Assembly: GCA_033763455.1 (NCBI GenBank)
Contig: JANRKO010000006.1
Span: forward strand, 320,001 to 384,000
Reading direction: 5' to 3'
DNA from: Polyangiaceae bacterium
GTDB lineage: Bacteria; Myxococcota_A; Polyangia; Polyangiales; Polyangiaceae
DNA: 64,000 nt
Below the pieces are notes generated by a model, which did not search any database, was not told the DNA's origin, and was given only the letters and a program-made list of their open reading frames with translations. The translations under genes were made by a program, and so were the position numbers. Position 1 is the stretch's first letter; each line of letters begins with the position of its first letter. This document shows positions 21,217 through 31,940 of the stretch, in pieces.

Positions 21217-22581
21217 ATGGATGGGAACCGACCGGTGACGACAAGCGCATCCGATTCCGGAACCTTCCTGCTGCTCTCCACCGACATGAGCGGCACCAAA
21301 CACACGTACCCGCTGCCCACCCTGGGGACTGTTGTAATTGGCAGGGGAGCCAATTGCAGCTTTCGTATTTTTGATCCGTCCGTATCCAGGGAACACGCCA
21401 GACTTTCTGCGCACGAGGGGCTAACGGTTGAGGACCTCGGGAGCTCAAATGGTTCGTACATTTTGAGAGTTCCGGAGGTGAAGCTGGTGCCGGGCGAGCC
21501 CGAAACCGTATTCCCTGGGGAACGCGTTAGGCTCGGTGATGTTGTTCTTAGAATCGAGAGCCATTGCGTGCGCAGGGTTCAATCGACTGCGACAGTTCGC
21601 CCAATTCCGCGGCAGCCAATTCCCGACCAGCCGCCCATTTCGTTGGCGATGGCGGCCGTTTATAATCTTATCGAGCGCGCGGCGAAATCCACTCTTCCGG
21701 TCCTTATTTCTGGGGAAACCGGGGTGGGTAAGGAAATGCTCGCTTCCAAGGTCCATGAGTTGTCTCAGCGTGCAGAGGGGCCGCTTCTGAAGCTCAATTG
21801 CGCTGCACTCTCGGAGTCCTTGTTGGAGAGCCAAATGTTTGGACACGAGCGCGGAGCCTTCACCGGAGCGAATCAAGCGAAGACAGGTATGCTCGAAGCG
21901 ACGAACGGAGGCACCGTCTTCTTGGATGAAGTGGGAGAACTTCCTCCGTCGCTTCAGGCGAAGTTGTTGCGCGTGCTTGAAGAAGGAAAGGTGTTACGAG
22001 TTGGATCCAACACGCCGCGGAGTGTCGACATCCGGATTGTGTCTGCGACGAATCGAAACCTGGCTGAGGAAGTGCAACAGGGACGGTTTCGCCGTGATCT
22101 TTTCTTTCGGCTCAACGCCGTTTCGGTCAATGTGCCCTCGCTTCGCGAGCGACGGGCCGAAATAATGCCGCTGGCTCGACACTTTATTGAAGCGGCATGC
22201 CGAGAATCTGGGAGGTCGACTCCAGACATCTCGGAGGAGGCAGCGGTGGTGCTCTTGGAGCATAGCTGGTCGGGAAATGTTCGAGAGCTCAAGAATGTAG
22301 TGGAACGAGCCTTGCTCATGTGTGACCACGGAGTCATTCGGCCCGAGCACCTGCACCTGCAATTTTCGGACGAATTTAGCTCGATTGAGCCATCGACGCA
22401 GACCTACTCCCCGATTCGGGTGAACGCTCGCCAAGTGGAGCGCCAGGAGATCGAGCAAGCACTCATAACCTGCGGACAGAACCAAACGCGGGCAGCAAAA
22501 CTCCTTGGGATCTCGCGGCGAACGCTCATTAACCGGATGGAAGAGTTCGATATGCCGAGGCCCCGCAAGGGAGCACCTTAA
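21217..22581 (+). CDS. FHA-domain sigma54-dependent enhancer-binding protein
   Basis: VSREH, DLGSSNG, GETGVGKE, GAFTGA, WSGNVREL, HTH NQTRAAKLLGISRRTL. Confidence 0.93.
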   Translation: MDGNRPVTTSASDSGTFLLLSTDMSGTKHTYPLPTLGTVVIGRGANCSFRIFDPSVSREHARLSAHEGLTVEDLGSSNGSYILRVPEVKLVPGEPETVFPGERVRLGDVVLRIESHCVRRVQSTATVRPIPRQPIPDQPPISLAMAAVYNLIERAAKSTLPVLISGETGVGKEMLASKVHELSQRAEGPLLKLNCAALSESLLESQMFGHERGAFTGANQAKTGMLEATNGGTVFLDEVGELPPSLQAKLLRVLEEGKVLRVGSNTPRSVDIRIVSATNRNLAEEVQQGRFRRDLFFRLNAVSVNVPSLRERRAEIMPLARHFIEAACRESGRSTPDISEEAAVVLLEHSWSGNVRELKNVVERALLMCDHGVIRPEHLHLQFSDEFSSIEPSTQTYSPIRVNARQVERQEIEQALITCGQNQTRAAKLLGISRRTLINRMEEFDMPRPRKGAP

Positions 22582-22615
22582 GGACAGCCGCATTAGTACC
22601 GTACCGAGCCAAGCC

Positions 22616-23356
22616 ATGAGTTACGACAAGCCTCCCCCCTGGCTTTCACCCAACGCCGTGTCGCGTAGGACCCTCTTGGGGGCGGCGTTCGGTGCTCTCG
22701 CTAGCGACATATTCTCCCCCCCAAGAAATGCGAGTGCTGCTGCAGGTTCGGCGCTTGTCGTGTTTGTGCATATCGATAGCAAGCTTCGGCTTCTACAGAC
22801 AGCTCTCGAAAAGCAACTTCCGGGCACTAGCGTCCGCACATTCTCCCGCTTCGGTGATGTCCGGGGCGCCATGGCGTCCGCCGACGCCGTGCTTGCTCTC
22901 GCGCCCGTGGTTGCCTCACTCGGTGTCAGTGTTGCAAAATCAGGGGTCCGCTCTGGGAAGGTAACGGAGCCCTACTCCCTCGTCTCGACGGATGCTTCCG
23001 TGAAACCTAGTAACGTTTCGAAGGTCGGGTTCGTGGATATTCTGGGTCGCCGCGAAACGACCAGTTTCGTACAGAAAATCGTAGGGGGTTCGGCGCAAGT
23101 CGAACGCGTCACCAAGCTTCAAGATCTGCTCCCCCTTCTGCAATTGAAGATGGCTCAAGCCATTCTCGTACCCACTCGGTTGGTTCCAGCCTTCCGCGAG
23201 CAAACGCGTATGCAACTCCATGACACGCCAGCGCCCAATGAAATCCCCTTGCCGGTAGTGGGCGCTTCCTCCGCAGCGGGTCGCCGGATCGCTGATAAGC
23301 TGCAAGGTGCTAACGCTAGCCTCAACAACTTGCTGGGGGTGCAATCATGGCGCTGA
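22616..23356 (+). CDS. Tat-exported protein, possible periplasmic binding fold
   Basis: Twin-arginine motif SRRTLLG, hydrophobic stretch, ASA cleavage site. Confidence 0.55.
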   Translation: MSYDKPPPWLSPNAVSRRTLLGAAFGALASDIFSPPRNASAAAGSALVVFVHIDSKLRLLQTALEKQLPGTSVRTFSRFGDVRGAMASADAVLALAPVVASLGVSVAKSGVRSGKVTEPYSLVSTDASVKPSNVSKVGFVDILGRRETTSFVQKIVGGSAQVERVTKLQDLLPLLQLKMAQAILVPTRLVPAFREQTRMQLHDTPAPNEIPLPVVGASSAAGRRIADKLQGANASLNNLLGVQSWR

Positions 23357-24360
23357 TGAAACGCGTTCTTGTGGTCCTTTTCACGCTTGTGGTCGCCGGT
23401 AGCGGCTGTGCCCCGCGAACAGGCAGTACTCAGGCACAGGTCCCTTTCCCGCAGTCCCCGGCGCCTCGCGGGCGAGATGTCGTACTTGTGGTGATGCCCA
23501 ACGTTGAGCACACGCGTGAGGTTTACCAGGCGTTGGCCGCCGAGCTTTCGACGGAGATGGACGTGGTCGCCGTTGAGTTTGAAGCAAAGGATAGCGTTGA
23601 AAAGCTTGCGCAGGCGATCACGAAGAATAGTCCGAAGGCCCTCGTATTGATGGATAATCGCGTGCTGGCTGCGTACCGCGAATATCAGCGAACACGCCCC
23701 CCTGGATCGAAATTCCCGCCCTCGGTGGTGGTAATGACGTCTTTTTTGAGCGAGCAATATCGGTATGTCGTGAACGCGACGGGAATTAGCTACGAGGTCC
23801 CGAGCATCACCTTGTTCACGCAACTTCGCTTGCTTGTAAAGGGGCCGGTTCGAAGAGTGGGTGTCATCCATCGCCAGTTCTTTGCCGGGTATCTCGCTAA
23901 GCAACAGAAGCTCGCTTCACGCGAAGATATTCAAATCAGGGCGGCATCGGTCAGCGATAAGCCGACCGCAGAAGAAGTCGAACAAGCCCTTGAGGTGCTC
24001 AAAGATGAAGGCGTGGATGCCTTGTGGGTACTGAACGATAGCGTACTTCTAACCCCCGAATTGGTTCGCAAGGCCTGGCTTCCAGAGCTGAAACGCAACA
24101 CGATTCCAGTGGTAGTGGGTGTGCGCAAGTTGCTGACCCTCGGTCGACCCTTTGGGACCTTCGCTGTTATTCCGGATCACCCTGCGTTGGGTGTGCAGGC
24201 TGCGAGCATGATCTTTGACATGGCTGATCACAACTGGGTGAGCCCCCCGCGTGTCGCGCAGCCGCTCTCCACAAGGACGCTTGCCAACTTCAAACTTGCG
24301 GAAAAGATGTTCACTTTAAGCCCTCAGGCGCGCCAGCGGGTAGACGAGGCAGTTGAGTAG
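23347..24360 (+). CDS. Lipoprotein, ABC substrate-binding-like
   Basis: Lipobox [31 protein letters not shown]. Confidence 0.65.
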   Translation: MALMKRVLVVLFTLVVAGSGCAPRTGSTQAQVPFPQSPAPRGRDVVLVVMPNVEHTREVYQALAAELSTEMDVVAVEFEAKDSVEKLAQAITKNSPKALVLMDNRVLAAYREYQRTRPPGSKFPPSVVVMTSFLSEQYRYVVNATGISYEVPSITLFTQLRLLVKGPVRRVGVIHRQFFAGYLAKQQKLASREDIQIRAASVSDKPTAEEVEQALEVLKDEGVDALWVLNDSVLLTPELVRKAWLPELKRNTIPVVVGVRKLLTLGRPFGTFAVIPDHPALGVQAASMIFDMADHNWVSPPRVAQPLSTRTLANFKLAEKMFTLSPQARQRVDEAVE

Positions 24361-24404
24361 ACGAGTGGCGGCGCCTGGCGTCGCGCAGAGATCGACGAGG
24401 ATTT

Positions 24405-27296
24405 ATGACAGAATTACAGAAGGTTAGAGGCTCCCTTGCCAGTAAGCTGCTCAAGCCAACCATCGGAGGCTTCCTTTTCGTTGGGCTAGCTACGATTGGG
24501 ATCGTCGGGTGGACTCATACTCGATCTGCCGATCAGCAGCTTTCTACGCTGGAAAGTCAGATGCGCGAGAGTGCGCTGGCGCGTGCTCGGACCCTGATCG
24601 ATTCGCACGCGTTGGCCTTAAGGGGCCTAGCCGAAGCTAACGCGATCACAGATATCCAGGATCTTGTGAAAAATACGGTCACGGACGACAAGACGATTCT
24701 CTACGGGCTCTTCGTAAACCCCGAGGGTGAGACGGTTGCGTACGTGAGTCCCACAACGTCGGCCCAGCGCACCATCACGCCCACCGAGATTGTCCAGAAA
24801 CAACTCGCGCTGAGCTCGCTCAAGCCCGACGCCGCCGACACTCGGCATGAGCGGAATGCAGAGCTTTTTGGAGCGCCCGTGTTCGAAGTTTCTAGGGGCG
24901 TGTTCGCCGACGGCGAATTGGCGGGCTCGGTGCGGTACGGCATGAGCCTGAAGGGCCTTCAGGAATCGTTGGCCGAGGCGCGCCAACAGTCCGAGCAAGA
25001 TCGCAATCAAGTATTAGTGCTCATCAGTCTCTTGATGGCGGGGATTACGGCGGCTGCCGCGTTCATGGTAACGAGGACCGCTAGAAGAATAACGCAACCT
25101 CTCAATGCCCTAACGGGTGCGGCCAACGCCGTTGCCGCGGGTAACATGGACGCACGGGTTACGGTAGAGAGTGGTGATGAGCTGGAATTGCTGGCTTCCG
25201 CTTTCAATCAGATGCAATCCGCCAACCAGAAAGCTTTCACGGACCTTGAGGATAAGACTTCCCAGGCACTAGAGGCGGCTCGGATCAAGAGCGAATTTCT
25301 GGCGAATATGAGCCATGAGATCCGCACACCAATGAATGGCATCATCGGGATGACGCAACTTTTACTGCGTGCTCCTCAGCGAGATAAGCGCGAGCAACGT
25401 TTCGTGGAAACGATTCAAGCCTCCGCTAATACGCTGCTAACGATCGTGAACGACGTGTTGGATTTTTCGAAGCTGGATGCGCAGAAGCTTGAGATCCACG
25501 CCGACGTGTTCGATCTCCGGTTGGTAATTCAAGAGGTTGCGGAGCTCATGAGCCCGCGGGTTGAAGAAAAGCAGGTTGAATTGATTCCCGCGGTAGCCCC
25601 CAGCGTTCCTGCACTGCTTGTGGGTGACCCAGATAGGATTCGCCAGGTCCTCACTAACCTTGCCAACAATGCTGTGAAATTCACACACAGCGGTGAAATT
25701 GTGATCAGCGCCGAGTGCGAGCCACGCCCTTCCGGGGGCATGAATGTGCGGATCTCGGTGAAAGATACTGGCATTGGTATCGATCCCAAGAATCACGATA
25801 AGCTGTTCCAATCCTTCTCTCAGGTGGACGGTTCACTCACCCGGCAGTACGGGGGCACGGGTCTCGGCCTGGCCATCTGCAAGGGGCTCGTCGAAAAGAT
25901 GAAGGGCGAGATAGGATTTTCCAGCGACTACGGCGTGGGGAGTACCTTTTACTTTAGCTTGCCTCTAGAAGTTGCGCAGGCCGAGCAGTCCGTGAAGTTG
26001 AAGTTGCCGACACGTCGCAACATCCTGGTCGGCGAAAACAATGCAACGACGCTTGAGCTCTTGCGGGTACACCTTCTCCATTGGGGATACATGTGCACCT
26101 CAGCAGGCAGTTGGCGCCAACTTGTTGAAGAGCTCGACAAAGCTAGCTCAAGCGGCAAGTACTTTGATGCCGTGGTCGTCGGTTCCGACATCGTTCGGGA
26201 GGGAAGCGTGCGCCTTGTGGAGAAGCTTCGCGACCAAAAGCCAGGCGAGCGAACGCCGTTCATCGTGATTGCCCACTCCGCCGAGGAAACGCTGGTCGAT
26301 CCGGACGTGCGCCTCACTAAGCCCATTCGCACCTCGGAGGTTTACAATAGCCTTCAGAATATTCTCGAGGGGAAGCTCACTGAGAAGCAAACCTCAGGTA
26401 AACATCGCCCTGCACGCAGCAAGAACAGGGGTTTCAAGATCTTGGTCGTTGAGGATAACGAGGTCAACCAGCTCGTAGCACTCGAATTGCTTGCGGAGCT
26501 CGGGCACATCCCCGAGGTTGTCGGAAATGGTGCGGAAGCCGTCAAAGCTGTCTCGACACGCCACTACGACGCCGTCTTGATGGACTGCCAGATGCCCGTG
26601 ATGGACGGTTACGAGGCAACACGCCGCATTCGAAAGTTGAACACCGCGGCAGCAAAGATCCCGATCTTTGCCCTTACCGCTCACGCCTTGCCTGGTGACA
26701 GAACGAAGGCGCTTGAGGCAGGCATGGATGCCTATCTAACCAAACCCCTCGCGGAAAATGCCCTCGTTAAGATGCTCGATCGTTGGTTCGATGACGTGGC
26801 GGAGCCGCCGGAGTTGATTACCAGTGAGGATCTCGATGCGCGGCGCGCCTCCCTGGGCGCCCCACCGGCTCCTTCCGCGCCTCCCGAGGCACCGCGGGTT
26901 TCCGTCGCGCCTATGTCTCGCACGATGAGTACACCCGTAAAGGGAGACCTGCCGATTTTGAACCCCGAACGCAAACGCTCAGCCCGAGCAATTGAACTGT
27001 TCATCAACCTGATGCCCGCGCAAATCAACCAGGTCGAAGGCGCACTCAACAACCACGAGCGCCAAGCTTTCCGAGACTTCGCTCATAAGTGCAAGGGAAG
27101 CTGCTTAGCCCTTGGTGCTGATCAAATGGCCGCAATCTGTAAGGAGTTGCAGGTTCTCGGTGAAGCCACAAATCTCGATGTTCCAGCGGCAACTGCGCTC
27201 ATGGAGTCCCTGCGTAGCTCCTTCAACGACACGCGCCAGGCCTTGCGCGAATTCATCAAGCCGTCGTCGAACTCGTCGCCCCCGCCTGCCCCGTAA
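24405..27296 (+). CDS. Membrane hybrid histidine kinase (2 TM, HAMP, HisKA, HATPase, pseudo-REC, REC, Hpt)
   Basis: [39 protein letters not shown]. Confidence 0.94.
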   Translation: MTELQKVRGSLASKLLKPTIGGFLFVGLATIGIVGWTHTRSADQQLSTLESQMRESALARARTLIDSHALALRGLAEANAITDIQDLVKNTVTDDKTILYGLFVNPEGETVAYVSPTTSAQRTITPTEIVQKQLALSSLKPDAADTRHERNAELFGAPVFEVSRGVFADGELAGSVRYGMSLKGLQESLAEARQQSEQDRNQVLVLISLLMAGITAAAAFMVTRTARRITQPLNALTGAANAVAAGNMDARVTVESGDELELLASAFNQMQSANQKAFTDLEDKTSQALEAARIKSEFLANMSHEIRTPMNGIIGMTQLLLRAPQRDKREQRFVETIQASANTLLTIVNDVLDFSKLDAQKLEIHADVFDLRLVIQEVAELMSPRVEEKQVELIPAVAPSVPALLVGDPDRIRQVLTNLANNAVKFTHSGEIVISAECEPRPSGGMNVRISVKDTGIGIDPKNHDKLFQSFSQVDGSLTRQYGGTGLGLAICKGLVEKMKGEIGFSSDYGVGSTFYFSLPLEVAQAEQSVKLKLPTRRNILVGENNATTLELLRVHLLHWGYMCTSAGSWRQLVEELDKASSSGKYFDAVVVGSDIVREGSVRLVEKLRDQKPGERTPFIVIAHSAEETLVDPDVRLTKPIRTSEVYNSLQNILEGKLTEKQTSGKHRPARSKNRGFKILVVEDNEVNQLVALELLAELGHIPEVVGNGAEAVKAVSTRHYDAVLMDCQMPVMDGYEATRRIRKLNTAAAKIPIFALTAHALPGDRTKALEAGMDAYLTKPLAENALVKMLDRWFDDVAEPPELITSEDLDARRASLGAPPAPSAPPEAPRVSVAPMSRTMSTPVKGDLPILNPERKRSARAIELFINLMPAQINQVEGALNNHERQAFRDFAHKCKGSCLALGADQMAAICKELQVLGEATNLDVPAATALMESLRSSFNDTRQALREFIKPSSNSSPPPAP

Positions 27297-27329
27297 TATT
27301 GCTATCTATCGCCCCTCGTTTAGGTGGAG

Positions 27330-27791
27330 TTACTTAGCGACGATGCCGGATGCGGGGCAACGACGCTCAAGAATTAAGTCGATCTGCTGAAGAATGTCGC
27401 CTGCGCGGCGAACCTTGGAAATGTAGGCAGTGGCCTGGCAGCGCTCGGATGCTGCGGCGAGTTGATCGTTCGGAAGCGCCGAGAGCAGCACAATGGGGCA
27501 ATTGGCCAGGCCGGACTTGCGAAGGAGCTCTGCGGCGCGGTCGCCGTTGATGGCGGGCATAGCCACATCGACTAGCAGGAGATCCGGCTGTTCGCGTTGA
27601 ACTGCTGCACTCAGACCGAGTGCGCTCCGCAGCGTTACAACTTCGAAGCCCTGACGTCGGAGTAGGCGCTCCAGGTTGCGTGTGAAGAATTGGTCGTCGT
27701 CAACGATAAGCACTTTGCGCCGCGCGTTCTGAGCATTCTCATTGCTGGAGACGCGGGGGGCACAGGCGATGGCGGCAGAGGATTGGGACAT
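27330..27791 (-). CDS. Single-domain response regulator (start uncertain)
   Basis: VLIVDDD, LLLVDVAMP, LLSA, YISK. Confidence 0.85.
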   Translation of the reverse strand: MSQSSAAIACAPRVSSNENAQNARRKVLIVDDDQFFTRNLERLLRRQGFEVVTLRSALGLSAAVQREQPDLLLVDVAMPAINGDRAAELLRKSGLANCPIVLLSALPNDQLAAASERCQATAYISKVRRAGDILQQIDLILERRCPASGIVAK

Positions 27792-27803
27792 GCAGGGAGA
27801 CAA

Positions 27804-27819
27804 TGCACGACCCGTTCCA
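27804..27819 (-). promoter_or_regulatory. Possible sigma54 promoter
   Basis: Minus strand TGGAACG-GGTC-GTGCA (GG-N10-GC) directly upstream of the response regulator. Confidence 0.4.
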
Positions 27820-28029
27820 TGCGCAATTTGCCGTAATTTTATCGGCTTCTTTCAACAAGTGTCTTACGCCGAGACTCGAAGTGGGACGCTCCACGGTAGT
27901 GACGCGTCAAACTGAGAATTGCGGGCTCGCCGGAGAGAACCTGCTCCAAACTGAGACGGAAGGCTCAAGTTCTGGCGAAGGGGAAGTCACTTGTGAGAGA
28001 AAGCTTCGTAGGTCGCGGCAGTTATGCGC

Positions 28030-29982
28030 TCAGCGACGCTGGATGGCGTCGAGCGTGCGGGCTGCTTCCTCGCACGTCTTGAAGCGATCCTCGGGGAGCT
28101 TGGCGAGCATCTTCAGCACGGCAGCTTCGAGCTCGGGATCGATTCCGGGAACGTGGCGACTCAGGGGCTCTGGCGCTTGCTCACGGTGCATCATGAGGAG
28201 CGGCATCATGTCTTCGTGATAGAAGGGAAGATTGCCGGTGAGCATCTCATAGGCGAGGATGCCGAGGGCGTATTGATCGGCGGCTGGCCCCACGCTGCTA
28301 AAACCCATGATTTGCTCGGGGGCCATGTAGGCAGGTGTGCCAGCCATGGTTCCAAGCATGGTTTTTTTGCGCTTCTCGTCGCTCTTGGCGATCCCAAAAT
28401 CCATGATCTTGAGGACCCCCTCGTTCGTGACGAACAGATTAGCCGGCTTGATATCTCGGTGGATCACGCCGCGCGCATGCGCAACGCTCAACCCGTTGCA
28501 CGCTTGGATGAGAATGGGCAGAGCCCACGCAGCCTCTCGTGGCCCTGTTAGCAGCTCATCCAACGGGCGCCCCCGAAGGAGCTCCATAGTGAAGTAGCGG
28601 TGGCCCCCGTGGATCCCAATGTCGTACACCTGGATGATATTGGGGTGGTTGAGCTTGCGGCAGAGCTTGAGCTCTTCTCGAAATCGCGCGACCGCATCTT
28701 CCAAGTGATCTTGTGTGACAAGGTCCCCTGAAAATACCTTGATTGCGAGCTCCTCATCCAGCTCTTGATCCACCGCACTGAAGACTGTGGCCATGCCGCC
28801 TCGCCCGATCTCCGCTTGGAGGCGGAAGCGCTCCCCTATGACCACGCCCGGGCCCAGGACAACTCGGTCCGGCACGCCGGTGGGCGGGATTAGCGATACA
28901 CGCACATTGGAGGATGGTTCGCGCCGCTGGCTTGGGCGGTCGCTGGGAAGCTTCGGGCCAGCAGCGGGAGGCTGGGAAAACTCAGGCACGGGCCCACGAG
29001 TTGTGTGTCCGAATTGGGGGCTGCGCTCAGTGAAAGGCGACGAAGGCGGACCGGCAGCTTCCGAGAACGTGGATGGCAGACGTTGCTCGTCTGTAAGTGA
29101 GATTGTGGCGGAGCGAGCCGTCTCGTCGAGCCGAGCCCGCAGGGCCAACGAGTGCGCATCTTTTGGAAACTTTGCTAGGATTGCATCGACTGTTGCGCGG
29201 GCTTCCCCAATGTAGCCCCTCCAAACCAAGAGCTCGCTCCAGCTTTGGAAAACAGTGATTTCGTCCTCCGTTTCCGGGCCCTGCGCGATCGACGGCCGAA
29301 GGTAACTCACGAACGTACTCGTGCACCTCCCCATTTTGGTGAGCAAGCGCAGGGCTGTTTTCGCGGCTATGGGGTATTGCGGCTCATCTTGAGCGACGAG
29401 CATAAGGTGGGATAAGGCACGCGAGCCCTCCCCGGCCTTAATGAAGCCTAGGCCAGCTTCGTAGTGGAGATTGGCAGCGGCCAAGAGCTCCGCCGCCTCC
29501 AGTTTGCGATCATTCATGGCCAGCTGTTTGGCTTCCGCGCGTGCCATAGCCGCATCTCTGATTGGCCCGCCGGTGGGCACGGCCGCCACTGGACTCAACT
29601 CGGACGCCGGCTGGACTGATATCTGCGGTCGGCCTGACAGTGGGCCGATGTCCCCACCCGAAAAGCGCTCGCTCGCGGGAACGGAGCGCGAAAGGGCGGC
29701 CCGCTGCGGTTCACCCAACAATTCGTACACACGAGCTGCTCTTTCGGCCTCACCCGCCTTACTGAAATATGCAGCCGCCATGGTCGCGAGGCGTTTCTCC
29801 TCGGCCGAAAGGCTGGAGAATTCGCGTTCGTGGCCGCTGAGCCCGTCAATCAAGATCTGGCCGGCTTCAGCGTGTTTAGACTGCATGGCGAGCATCAACG
29901 CCTTATGCCGAAGCGCCCCGAGATTCCGGTCCGTCGGCTTCTTTGTAGCCGGAGCTTCTGATTTAGGATCTGAGCCGCTCAT
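28030..29982 (-). CDS. Ser/Thr protein kinase with N-terminal helical/TPR-like region
   Basis: IGRGGMATV, AIK, HRDIKPAN, DFGIAK, GTPAYMAPEQ. Confidence 0.92.
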   Translation of the reverse strand: MSGSDPKSEAPATKKPTDRNLGALRHKALMLAMQSKHAEAGQILIDGLSGHEREFSSLSAEEKRLATMAAAYFSKAGEAERAARVYELLGEPQRAALSRSVPASERFSGGDIGPLSGRPQISVQPASELSPVAAVPTGGPIRDAAMARAEAKQLAMNDRKLEAAELLAAANLHYEAGLGFIKAGEGSRALSHLMLVAQDEPQYPIAAKTALRLLTKMGRCTSTFVSYLRPSIAQGPETEDEITVFQSWSELLVWRGYIGEARATVDAILAKFPKDAHSLALRARLDETARSATISLTDEQRLPSTFSEAAGPPSSPFTERSPQFGHTTRGPVPEFSQPPAAGPKLPSDRPSQRREPSSNVRVSLIPPTGVPDRVVLGPGVVIGERFRLQAEIGRGGMATVFSAVDQELDEELAIKVFSGDLVTQDHLEDAVARFREELKLCRKLNHPNIIQVYDIGIHGGHRYFTMELLRGRPLDELLTGPREAAWALPILIQACNGLSVAHARGVIHRDIKPANLFVTNEGVLKIMDFGIAKSDEKRKKTMLGTMAGTPAYMAPEQIMGFSSVGPAADQYALGILAYEMLTGNLPFYHEDMMPLLMMHREQAPEPLSRHVPGIDPELEAAVLKMLAKLPEDRFKTCEEAARTLDAIQRR

Positions 29983-30091
29983 TGGGGGATTCGTTTAACT
30001 GCGCTACCGCATGTACCGTTGTTCATACCATATACCATGACAATGCTCGGTTCGTGTACGTCAGTAACATACCTACCTGTGAGCACCTGCG

Positions 30092-30913
30092 GTGAGTAGC
30101 CCAACTGGCCTTTCCCAAGTGTTGCTAGAAGGCCAGCGCATCGCTGCCAGCCTCGAGAGCCAGAACGCTGAGCTTGCAACTCGTGTTGCGCAACTGGAGC
30201 AGGAGCTAGCCAAGGCAGTTGCTCAAAGCAAAGACCCGCTCTTCGCGCCTCCAGATGCGGCCACCCAGGGTGCCGACCAAATTCGCTTGTTGCAGCAGGC
30301 TCTCCGACAAAAGGAGGCGGAGTGCGACGAGGTGAACGAAGAGATAAACCGGCTCTCCCAGCAGAACACGAACTACCTGAGTCTCTACGTTGCCTCATCT
30401 CAACTGCACAGTACGACCGACTTTGCGAACGTCATTAGAAGCATCCAAGAAATCATTATCAACTTGATCGGAGCCGATCAATTCGCCTTCTATCTTTTCG
30501 ACGCTGAGCGCCGCGAGTTCAAGCGTGTTGCAAGTGAGGGCGAACGGGATCCGGCAGACGAAGTCATTCCGTTCGGCGACAATTTGCTGTCCCGGGTGGC
30601 GCGTTCGGAAACCCTGTGTCTGGATGTGAAGGAATCCGACCTGCCGAGCGGCGCCGTGCCGATCGCCGTGTTGCCTCTATCCATCGGCCACGAACCCATC
30701 GGCGTTATCGTGCTCTTTCAGTTGCTGGTGCAAAAGGGTGAGTTTGACGAATTTGACTTGGAATTGTTCAACCTCCTCGCAGCGCATGCCGCGAGCGCTC
30801 TGGCCTCCAGCCTTTCGTTCAGAAGGTTGGAACGTCAGAACAAGACGCTAAAAGGCTTGTTGGACCTCTTCAAAACCGGGGGTGGCTCGCTTCTGGCCGC
30901 CGAGGGCCCTTGA
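30092..30913 (+). CDS. Coiled-coil + GAF domain protein
   Basis: LYVASSQLHST.D...IQEIIINLIGA; D.ELF.LLA.HAASAL. Confidence 0.78.
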   Translation: MSSPTGLSQVLLEGQRIAASLESQNAELATRVAQLEQELAKAVAQSKDPLFAPPDAATQGADQIRLLQQALRQKEAECDEVNEEINRLSQQNTNYLSLYVASSQLHSTTDFANVIRSIQEIIINLIGADQFAFYLFDAERREFKRVASEGERDPADEVIPFGDNLLSRVARSETLCLDVKESDLPSGAVPIAVLPLSIGHEPIGVIVLFQLLVQKGEFDEFDLELFNLLAAHAASALASSLSFRRLERQNKTLKGLLDLFKTGGGSLLAAEGP

Positions 30914-31881
30914 ACATGGCCGGAGCCGTCGAAGGCAACCTGCGAGACGTTGCGCTAAAAGATGTGTTGGAGGTGCTGATCCTGACTGCACAGAGTGGGC
31001 ACCTTTACATTAACCGCATCGGAAGGCGCGCCGAGCTCTACCTCTGGAACGGCCACATCGTGACCGCCCAGATAAGCCCGGCTCGGAGGCACCTCGCCAC
31101 GTTTTTCCTAGAGCGCGGCTGGATCACCTTCGACACGCTACATCGCGCTCTTCTTCAGCAATCGCGCACCGAACAACATCAGTTGAGCGGGCAGATCTTG
31201 GTGGAGCTGGGTGTTATCAACCGGGAGCAGCTCACCCAAGGCCTCAAATGGCATGTGCGCCAGCTCCTCACCGAGCTTTTGGCGTGGCCTGAAGGCGAAT
31301 TTACCTTCAACGCCGTGGTGGATCCCTCCTTGCCCAGCGGTGAAGGCTACGGGATTCTCTTTGAGCTTGAAGATCTGGAACGCCTGCAAACCATGGCTGT
31401 CGATCTCGCGACGGCAAACGGGCGGGGAAGCTTTGAGCGCGAAAGCTGGCCCACGCGCCCCCAGCTGGCCATCGTGATCACAGGTGACATTTTGGTGCAG
31501 CACGGCCTTGAGGGGGGGCTGCGCGAATTGGCATTCTCCGTGGTTCATACGCCGAGCCTGGAGGATGTTCCCAACTTCCTTCTGGCGGCAGAAGATGAAT
31601 ACCCAACTCTTGTATTCGATCTAGATCTATTCGCGAATCGTCAGCGAGAAGCAGAAGTGGCGTTTGATTTGTTGGGGTCGATGCGCAAAAAGTGGCCGAA
31701 CCTTGGCACCGTAACCTTCGGCCGAGAACCTCCGGATTGCCTGTTCAATTTCCTTGGAAAAGATGGCCTCTTATTTCACGTGCCGCGCCCGGCGCGGAGT
31801 TCCGAAGCGCGGCTCGATCTGGTGAAGAGCTTCATACAATCGCTTGCCACGGTAGTGTTGCATAGCCGCAGCCTGCGGTAG
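30910..31881 (+). CDS. DUF4388 (PatA-N-like) domain protein
   Basis: EGNLRDVALKDVLEVL...SGHL; LLAWPEGEFTF. Confidence 0.78.
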   Translation: MNMAGAVEGNLRDVALKDVLEVLILTAQSGHLYINRIGRRAELYLWNGHIVTAQISPARRHLATFFLERGWITFDTLHRALLQQSRTEQHQLSGQILVELGVINREQLTQGLKWHVRQLLTELLAWPEGEFTFNAVVDPSLPSGEGYGILFELEDLERLQTMAVDLATANGRGSFERESWPTRPQLAIVITGDILVQHGLEGGLRELAFSVVHTPSLEDVPNFLLAAEDEYPTLVFDLDLFANRQREAEVAFDLLGSMRKKWPNLGTVTFGREPPDCLFNFLGKDGLLFHVPRPARSSEARLDLVKSFIQSLATVVLHSRSLR

Positions 31882-31940
31882 GGATTAGGTGCGCAGCGGC
31901 ATTCGTGCCGCAACGCGGCGGGCCGTTAACATGTTTACCG

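Noticed and set aside
17010..31881. Genomic island integrated at tRNA-Met
   Set aside because: I found no integrase and no duplicated tRNA 3' end; the content is typical myxobacterial signalling.
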